A stretch of DNA of 64,000 bases from an uncultured Flavobacteriales bacterium. Its GTDB lineage: Bacteria; Bacteroidota; Bacteroidia; Flavobacteriales_C; GCA-002722245. The notes under the pieces were generated by a model. The model searched no databases. It was given only the letters and a program-made list of their open reading frames with translations, and was not told the DNA's origin. Shown piece by piece: positions 57,827-64,000 of this stretch. Within the stretch, counting starts at the first letter, position 1. Every line of letters starts with the position of its first letter. The translations under genes and the position numbers were made by a program. The stretch covers positions 998 to 64,997 of the forward strand of contig CAJJCC010000023.1 of NCBI GenBank assembly GCA_905182585.1, written 5' to 3'.

Positions 57827-60733
57827 TTAAAACTGGAAATAGATGAATGGTTGAATCTCCGAACTTTTAAACTGATAAATTAATATAATAGTCGAAACAC
57901 TAACAAAACTTAACACTGGCCACCATTTATTACCCAAAATACTTTGTACTCTAACCTCTACAGAATTAGGTATTAAGTGCAATATATAAGCGAGTAGTAC
58001 TACAGTAAATATCGTAATATAACTAGGGTTAATTATATAATCTACAAAATGCACAAGATCGAAATTAAAAAATAACTGGTTAAAAAAATCAGCTATAGCA
58101 GTATTACTTGGAGCTCTGAAAAACACCCAGCAAAATACTACAAAGTGAAAAGTGATCAACCAACCTAAAAAACGCGATAACCGTGTTCCGTTCTCTGTTT
58201 TTAAGGGAATTAAGGTACGAAACCCCTTATGAATAGCCAAAGCCGACCCATGTAATGCACCCCAAATAATAAACTTCAAGGCAGCTCCGTGCCAAAGCCC
58301 ACCCAATAACATAGTGATAAATAAATTAACGTAAGTCCTTACTTTTCCTTTTTGATTTCCACCTAATGGGATATATAAATAATCTTTCAACCAACGACTT
58401 AAACTAATATGCCATCTCCTCCAAAAATCGGTAATATTACTACTTAAATATGGACTGTTAAAGTTTTTGGGTAACGTGAAGCCCATTAATAACGCCAAAC
58501 CAATTGCAATATCACTGTAGGCGGAAAAATCACAATATATTTGGATCGTATAACCATAAGCACCCATCAAATTTTCAAAGCCAGAGTACTTTAAAGGCGT
58601 CTCAAAAACACGATCTACAAAATTGGTAGAGATGTAATCTGAAATTACCATCTTCTTAAACAAGCCCCCTAAAATCAAAAAACTCGCTCTCGAAATTGCG
58701 TCCTTTGTAAGTTCGTACTTCTTATATATTTGAGGGATAAATTCATTCGCGCGTACAATCGGACCAGCAACCAATTGCGGGAAGAAGCTTACATAAAACC
58801 CAAAATCTACGATACTTTTTACCGGTTCAATCTTCTTACGGTAAATATCTACCGAATAACTAATCGTTTGAAAAGTATAAAAACTAATCCCCACGGGTAA
58901 AATAATGGCATCTACATCGAACGCTCCACCACTAAATAGGTTGCCAAAAGCCGAAAACACATTGTAAGGTTTGATTTCTAAACCCGTTAAATAATTAATA
59001 GAATCGGTAATAAATCCGGAATATTTAAAGAAAAAAAGTAATGACAAATTAGCAATTACGGAGGTAGCTACCCAGTATTTTCGATGTGAATCTTTTGTAG
59101 CTTTGAAAATTTTATTTCCAATGAAGTAATCTACTACCGTAGATAAAATCAATAACCCAAAGTACAAGCCACCTGCTTTATAATAAAAGAATAAACTGAA
59201 TAAAAACAGATAAACACTTCGAATTTTAAGGTTTTTGTACACCAAAGCGTAAAACATAAAAAACACCGTAAAAAACAACCAAAACAAGTAATGACTAAAG
59301 AATAAAGGTTCATTAGGATTGTAAAAAAAGATACTTACCATCAACTCGTTATAATCTATACCCTCACTAATAATTAGTGGAATAATTCTTCTACTCTGGG
59401 TGTAGCTATTGTATGAATTATGAATTGCCGTGTAAAACAACTCTCCTTGCAAGTGATATCCTGTTTCATTGAGATGCAAAAAGTCCGCCGCAGTTAATTT
59501 GTTTTTATGCCAGTTATTAATAGAGCCTAAGCCACCCATAATATTAAAGAAATCCCAAACTGCACAATTGTTTTCTTTAGCCAGTTTTAGGATTGAATTG
59601 CGGATAGATAAATTTTCTTTTAAAACAGTTTTACGGTGCCGCTTCCCATCTCCAGGAGTCGTTAAAATAATATCTACGTCCGGTAAAGTAGCCTTGATAA
59701 TTTGAATCAAACTATCGTAATATTGATAAAAAATAGAGTCGCTATAGTTTAAATTATAAGCATCGTTGATTCCAAGCGACAAAACCACCAAGTCTGGATT
59801 AAGCGTTGCAAACTGACTCGTAAAATCTCCACATTTTAAAAACGACTTCACCTTAGCTCCATTCACACCAACTTCACTATACGTAATTCCAGGATTGTCA
59901 TTTAACAACTCAATCCCCTGCATTAAAAATGCGGCATCAGTTTCTAATGAATCTTTTTGAAAAGTAAAATACAGCGTATCCGCAGTGCCTTCAATGCTAT
60001 ATTCTTTATAACAAGCAAACGTATCCGTTACACAAGTAATCGAGTCGGACCCATGCGCAGTCATATCGATAGTAAACTTGGACGAATCATCGCGGTAATA
60101 CAACCTAATCCTATTAAAAGAATAAGGATCAAAAGTGTGATTATTCGTGTAAATTTTTAACGTTGTACTCGCATCCTTTGTACTCGCCGAAATCCCCGCA
60201 ACTCCCCAATCTGAATGTGCTATGTTGGAAGAGCTTTTAAAACCTTTCCAATCACCAGTATATTTAGCTCCGTAGTTAATCGGTCCATTCGTATGCGCTA
60301 ATCCAAACGGAAATATAAACCCCCTTTCACGTGTTCCACAACCCAATCCTTTATGCAAGCATTCCCTCACCTTTCCTGTAAAATAACCCGCTTGAATGTG
60401 TGAATCTCCAATGTGTAATATTCTTACTTTACCAGTATCGGAAGTTTCGAAATGATAGAGCTTTTCGAAAAAAGCACCAAGAGTTGAGGAGTCTTTTACA
60501 GAAAGTCGGTTTAAATCGTATCTAACAAAATCATATTGAGAAACCGTATCCAACTCGAATAATTGAGCTTTTGATTCTTGCTTAAACCCAAAGGATAATA
60601 ACACGATTACTAGAACATATTTGAAATTCAGACGAGTTCTTTCCTGAATTCCATTCTTCAATAAATCATACTTGGAAGAGAAAGCTTTTACAGGCTTAAA
60701 ATATCTTTTCGATATGGCTTTACCCAATACCAT
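57827..60733 (-). CDS. Fusion protein: N-terminal periplasmic SGNH/GDSL-like domain plus C-terminal MBOAT (AlgI/DltB/PatA-like) O-acyltransferase
   Basis: Signal anchor, then 'VRILHIGDSHIQAGYF' (block I GDS) ... 'GVNGAK' ... 'LSLGINDA' ... 'DFLHLNETGY' (block V DxxH). From about residue 445 it is a full MBOAT body, including 'FWRRWHISLSRWLKDYLYIPLGGN' with the invariant His and 'GGLWHGA'. Confidence 0.85.
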   Translation of the reverse strand: MVLGKAISKRYFKPVKAFSSKYDLLKNGIQERTRLNFKYVLVIVLLSFGFKQESKAQLFELDTVSQYDFVRYDLNRLSVKDSSTLGAFFEKLYHFETSDTGKVRILHIGDSHIQAGYFTGKVRECLHKGLGCGTRERGFIFPFGLAHTNGPINYGAKYTGDWKGFKSSSNIAHSDWGVAGISASTKDASTTLKIYTNNHTFDPYSFNRIRLYYRDDSSKFTIDMTAHGSDSITCVTDTFACYKEYSIEGTADTLYFTFQKDSLETDAAFLMQGIELLNDNPGITYSEVGVNGAKVKSFLKCGDFTSQFATLNPDLVVLSLGINDAYNLNYSDSIFYQYYDSLIQIIKATLPDVDIILTTPGDGKRHRKTVLKENLSIRNSILKLAKENNCAVWDFFNIMGGLGSINNWHKNKLTAADFLHLNETGYHLQGELFYTAIHNSYNSYTQSRRIIPLIISEGIDYNELMVSIFFYNPNEPLFFSHYLFWLFFTVFFMFYALVYKNLKIRSVYLFLFSLFFYYKAGGLYFGLLILSTVVDYFIGNKIFKATKDSHRKYWVATSVIANLSLLFFFKYSGFITDSINYLTGLEIKPYNVFSAFGNLFSGGAFDVDAIILPVGISFYTFQTISYSVDIYRKKIEPVKSIVDFGFYVSFFPQLVAGPIVRANEFIPQIYKKYELTKDAISRASFLILGGLFKKMVISDYISTNFVDRVFETPLKYSGFENLMGAYGYTIQIYCDFSAYSDIAIGLALLMGFTLPKNFNSPYLSSNITDFWRRWHISLSRWLKDYLYIPLGGNQKGKVRTYVNLFITMLLGGLWHGAALKFIIWGALHGSALAIHKGFRTLIPLKTENGTRLSRFLGWLITFHFVVFCWVFFRAPSNTAIADFFNQLFFNFDLVHFVDYIINPSYITIFTVVLLAYILHLIPNSVEVRVQSILGNKWWPVLSFVSVSTIILIYQFKSSEIQPFIYFQF

Positions 60734-62160
60734 TAGTTAATACTCGTGCTTTTAAAATCGTTATAATCCGAGATAATAGCATTAAACAACTTGTTTCCGA
60801 TCACTTTTGCACCTCTTTTATTAAAGTGCATAAAATCCTTTTCCGCTAGCGAAGGATTAGCATTCACCCAACTCGGCATACTTAATTCGCCTCCCATCAC
60901 TTCGTATAAATCCCAAAACGAACAATTAGCTCTCTTAGCAGCCTTTCGCTGCGCATCCCGAACTAAATTAATATTCGCAAAACTTTCCTCCTCGCTTTTA
61001 CAAGCATCCGTAACGCTAATCACCAAGATAGAAGCATCTGGTAAAATTTCCTTTAATAAAACCAACTGCTTGTAAATAGTATTCTCGTAATAACGGTAAC
61101 TTTTTAACTCAGCAGGAACAACATTTAATCCAAATTGAAAAATGATTAACCCAACATTTAATTCCTTCAATTGTTGCGTTAACGATGCTTTATCCATCTT
61201 CGTGAAATCTGTACCGCTAGATCCTCTTAATGCAATGTTATCAACTGCAATCCCCTTTCTACAGTCTAAAGAAACACCATAAACATCCGGACTATTAATC
61301 GCATCTAAAGAAAATGAAATTTTCCCAGTATTAAATCCATCTATTTGCCACATACTCCTATTCACCATTGATGATTCGGTCAGATTCCCCTTACTAATCA
61401 TTCCCGTATCCGTACTTAATTCATAGTTGCAACCCTTACCTCCACTACCATATAAAACACTCATAGTTTCAAAATTTTGAGCCTTTTTAAAGTATCTGCT
61501 ATTTCTACTTAATTCAATTTCTGCCGTTCCCGATCCTTCCGAATCAGAACTAACACGATGATAATAACCCAAAAATCCATATTTTGAATGCTTTCCTTTT
61601 CTCCCCTTTCCAAAAACCTGGTAACGCTCCCAACCACGTTCCTTTTTAAACACATTTAATCTGCCCGAGTTTGTTTCCGAAATGGGCATAAATCCAACAC
61701 CACAGCCACCGAATAAAGTTTGTAAATTCTCCCTGACCACTCCGCTAATTCGGTCACCTTCTAACTGAGAATCACCAAAATGTAAAATTCGTAAAGGCTT
61801 GGATAAATCGTTTACTTTAGATAGTTTATGGTAGAAGGAGTACAATCCGTTTTCAAAATCCGAAGGATGTAAAATTCGCTCTCTCGCGTCCAAAACAATT
61901 GCCGAGTTGAGTAACAATGAATCCACATTGGCCGCCAATAAAGTATCCATTTCAAGTTCTTCCAGACTATACTGCGAAGCCACTTCATTCAGCACCTCTA
62001 ACTCACGAAGTTTGTCTTTGTAAAAATCTTTAGGATTGGAAAACGATATCGCAGCCTCACCCCATAGCGCTATACCTTCTTCGGGCATAACCCATGCAAT
62101 AGCGCCCAACATAAGTTGAATCGAAATTAGAAACAAGGCTATTTTATAAGGCTTAATCAA
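60733..62160 (-). CDS. SGNH/GDSL-like hydrolase/acyltransferase, paralog of the N-terminal domain of 57827..60733
   Basis: 'LRILHFGDSQLEGDRI' (block I), 'ALRGSSG' (block II Gly), 'FQFGLNV' (block III-like) and 'DFMHFNKRGA' (block V DxxH), with about 150 aa inserted between blocks I and II. TTG start. Its stop shares base 60733 with the start of the downstream gene. Confidence 0.75.
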   Translation of the reverse strand: MIKPYKIALFLISIQLMLGAIAWVMPEEGIALWGEAAISFSNPKDFYKDKLRELEVLNEVASQYSLEELEMDTLLAANVDSLLLNSAIVLDARERILHPSDFENGLYSFYHKLSKVNDLSKPLRILHFGDSQLEGDRISGVVRENLQTLFGGCGVGFMPISETNSGRLNVFKKERGWERYQVFGKGRKGKHSKYGFLGYYHRVSSDSEGSGTAEIELSRNSRYFKKAQNFETMSVLYGSGGKGCNYELSTDTGMISKGNLTESSMVNRSMWQIDGFNTGKISFSLDAINSPDVYGVSLDCRKGIAVDNIALRGSSGTDFTKMDKASLTQQLKELNVGLIIFQFGLNVVPAELKSYRYYENTIYKQLVLLKEILPDASILVISVTDACKSEEESFANINLVRDAQRKAAKRANCSFWDLYEVMGGELSMPSWVNANPSLAEKDFMHFNKRGAKVIGNKLFNAIISDYNDFKSTSIN

Positions 62161-62182
62161 CTAATACTCATTTTTTCCACTT

Positions 62183-62190
62183 CAAATTTA
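62183..62190 (-). promoter_or_regulatory. Candidate -7 promoter element (TAnnTTTG) for the SGNH/MBOAT operon
   Basis: The minus strand reads taaatttg, 22 nt upstream of the TTG start at 62160. Confidence 0.3.
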
Positions 62191-62282
62191 TCCATTAAAA
62201 CCCATGAATATAAGCCTACAGCTGTTTAATTCCAACCGTTTATTGTTAGCAACTACGATTTGGGCAACACTGAGAATTAGGT

Positions 62283-62290
62283 TAGTTTTG
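62283..62290 (+). promoter_or_regulatory. Candidate -7 promoter element (TAnnTTTG) for gene 62316..62924
   Basis: tagttttg is an exact match 25 nt upstream of the ATG, divergent from the element at 62183..62190. Confidence 0.3.
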
Positions 62291-62315
62291 AAGTGTTTAG
62301 TAGAAAAAGCAAATT

Positions 62316-62924
62316 ATGGAGTTAGACAATACAATTAAAAAAGCGTTAAATGAATTTCACCTTATTTCAGATGAACGAAAGAAAATACTTCATCAATTAA
62401 CTGACTTTGTGAGCGGTGAAAACGCATTAGCCGATTTGATTTTCATTTGTACACACAACTCCCGTCGAAGTCATTTATCCCAAGTTTGGGCCCAAGTAGC
62501 CGCTAATTATTTTGGCTATTTTGGCGTGACATGTTATTCTGGAGGGACAGAAGCAACTGCTTTTTTTCCATCTGCAATACAAGCTTTAGAAAACGCAGGA
62601 TTAAAAGTCAAAAAATTATCGCAAGATCCCAACCCAGTTTATGCTATAAAATATAATGTAGACATACATCCAATCATTTGCTTTTCCAAAAAGTTTGATG
62701 ATGAATTTAACGTTCAAAACGATTTCGCAGCTATTATGACTTGTGATCATGCCGATCAAAACTGCCCATTTATTCCAACAGCTACTGCACGTATTCCAGT
62801 GCGATATGAAGACCCTAAAGTTGCCGATGGAACACCAGAGCAATTAGCAAAATACATCGAACGTAGTGAGCAAATTTGTCGTGAAATGTTGTACGCTTTT
62901 TCAAAGGTTTTAATACCGCAATAA
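62316..62924 (+). CDS. Low-molecular-weight phosphatase family protein, thioredoxin-coupled ArsC-type arsenate reductase-like
   Basis: P-loop 'ICTHNSRRS' (C-x5-R-S) plus a downstream Cys pair 'MTCDHADQNCPFIP', resembling the Cys82/Cys89 relay of Gram-positive ArsC. There is a ~45-aa N-terminal extension. Confidence 0.75.
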   Translation: MELDNTIKKALNEFHLISDERKKILHQLTDFVSGENALADLIFICTHNSRRSHLSQVWAQVAANYFGYFGVTCYSGGTEATAFFPSAIQALENAGLKVKKLSQDPNPVYAIKYNVDIHPIICFSKKFDDEFNVQNDFAAIMTCDHADQNCPFIPTATARIPVRYEDPKVADGTPEQLAKYIERSEQICREMLYAFSKVLIPQ

Positions 62925-63069
62925 TCTTCATTACTGGCTATTAAACTCAATTACGCTATTTTGTTAGATTTTTTTATCAGAAAACCTGAATTATGAGATA
63001 ATAAAACCGTTTTTTTTAAACAATTGTACCAAACCTTAAAAATCCCATCGTGTTCAAAGGTGAATTCGC

Positions 63070-63077
63070 TAAATTTG
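63070..63077 (+). promoter_or_regulatory. Candidate -7 promoter element (TAnnTTTG) for the Pif1-like helicase gene
   Basis: taaatttg ends 4 nt before the ATG at 63082, which would imply an essentially leaderless transcript. Confidence 0.25.
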
Positions 63078-63081
63078 AAGC

Positions 63082-64000
63082 ATGACTGAAATTAAACGAA
63101 GCGAAACGTTTGACTTAGCTTTTAAATTCATCACGCAAACCAATAAAAATGTATTCCTAACCGGTAAAGCTGGTACGGGTAAAACCACATTTTTAAAGTA
63201 TTTAAAAAGCCATACTCATAAAAACATGGTTGTTGCAGCACCAACAGGTGTTGCCGCAATTAACGCTGGAGGGGTGACCTTGCACTCGTTATTTCAGTTG
63301 CCATTCGCGCCCTTTATTCCGAGCTCAAACGCTGCCGAAAACACATTACACAAACATCCTTTACTTTCGCAAATTCGATTGAATTCTCAAAAGCGAAAAA
63401 TCCTCGTTAATATGGATTTGTTGGTGATTGACGAAGTAAGTATGGTGGCAGCAAATACATTGGATTCTATTGATATTATTTTAAAAAGTGTCCGTAAAAA
63501 CTTCAACTATCCATTTGGTGGAGTTCAGGTTTTATTTATTGGGGATTTAAGACAATTACCTCCGGTGGTAAAAAACTTCACTTCCGGTATTTTCCAGTCT
63601 ATTTACAAATCCTACTTCTTTTTTGATAGTCTCGTACTTTCGCAATACACCCCAGTAATGGTGGAGCTTAAAACGATTTACCGACAAAAAGACGATAATT
63701 TTGTAGACATCCTAAACGGTGTACGCGAAAACCAGCTCACGCCCAAACATTTAGAAACGTTAAACAAACGTTTAAAACCCGATTTCACACCAGAAACAAA
63801 CGCTGAGTATATTACGCTAACTACGCATAACTCTCAAGCAGATACCTTAAATCAAGCGCAAATTAATCAGCTAAAAGAACGGGAATATGTTTTTAAAGCT
63901 GAGATTAAAGACGACTTTCCACAATCCATGTATCCTGCCGATGCAGACCTTATTTTAAAGAAAGGCGCGCAGGTTATGTTTTTAAAAAACGACACCGAGG
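63082..64000 (+). CDS. Pif1/RecD-like superfamily 1B DNA helicase, N-terminal part (3' end outside the window)
   Basis: This ORF is not in the supplied track because it has no stop in the window. My translation is MTEIKRSETFDLAFKFITQTNKNVFLTGKAGTGKTTFLKYL...VVAAPTGVAAINAGGVTLHSLFQLPF...LLVIDEVSMV. It shows Walker A, the Pif1 motif Ia 'APTGVAA', the Pif1 signature-like 'TLHSLF', and Walker B DE. Confidence 0.85.
   Translation, partial: MTEIKRSETFDLAFKFITQTNKNVFLTGKAGTGKTTFLKYLKSHTHKNMVVAAPTGVAAINAGGVTLHSLFQLPFAPFIPSSNAAENTLHKHPLLSQIRLNSQKRKILVNMDLLVIDEVSMVAANTLDSIDIILKSVRKNFNYPFGGVQVLFIGDLRQLPPVVKNFTSGIFQSIYKSYFFFDSLVLSQYTPVMVELKTIYRQKDDNFVDILNGVRENQLTPKHLETLNKRLKPDFTPETNAEYITLTTHNSQADTLNQAQINQLKEREYVFKAEIKDDFPQSMYPADADLILKKGAQVMFLKNDTE

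Noticed and set aside
57827-60733. The possibility that the 968-aa ORF is two genes (SGNH, then MBOAT starting at the internal Met of 'NELMVSIFFYN')
   Set aside because: There is no stop codon or frame change between the two halves in this sequence, so I call it a fusion. Independent internal initiation cannot be excluded without expression data.
25194-62950. Other embedded short ORFs: 25194..25376, 30922..31173, 31676..31900, 48546..48749, 50292..50483, 52343..52624, 57287..57469, 57473..57667, 59469..59705, 59957..60160, 60791..61075, 62616..62843 and 62756..62950
   Set aside because: All are antisense or alternate-frame ORFs inside longer genes with recognisable domains. AT-rich genomes generate such shadows frequently.

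Overview
This is a low-GC chromosomal segment with the hallmarks of a gliding Bacteroidota (Flavobacteriia/Cytophagia-like) genome. It holds about 45 credible protein-coding genes. I recognise no rRNA, tRNA, CRISPR array, transposase or integrase. About one third of the window (roughly 21 kb) is two giant minus-strand genes for repeat-built surface proteins; both end in the type IX secretion (T9SS) type B sorting domain, also called the gliding-motility CHU_C C-terminal domain (CTD). The first is a 2420-aa protein (4360..11622) with a beta-propeller-like head and ~70-aa two-Cys modules, including seven near-identical 213-nt tandem units. The second is a 4546-aa SprB-like adhesin (34634..48274) with roughly fifty SprB-type repeats and ~933-nt tandem units, followed directly by a PorP/SprF-family partner (33289..34626). 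The remainder is mostly housekeeping: MscS fragment, beta carbonic anhydrase, NifU, dut, purF, PBP4, oligopeptidase B, tatA, nadB, ppc, dCMP deaminase, S41 protease, a TPR/DUF4292/EnvC-like envelope operon, and a Pif1-like helicase fragment. Four items are unexplained. (1) A tightly packed minus-strand operon at 29159..33231 encodes a lipoprotein CotH-like/beta-helix protein, a VTC (polyphosphate-polymerase fold) protein, a DUF4956 membrane protein, a lipoprotein-signal inorganic pyrophosphatase and a 78-aa ORF. I read it as a candidate uncharacterised envelope polyphosphate system. (2) A multiply frameshifted paralog of the CotH-like gene lies at 54499..56763. (3) An SGNH-MBOAT fusion protein is translationally coupled to a paralogous SGNH protein (57827..62160), which suggests an unusual glycan O-acetylation module. 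(4) The adhesin genes contain repeat structure that looks recombinogenic. All functional calls come from motif recognition by eye; no database search was possible.
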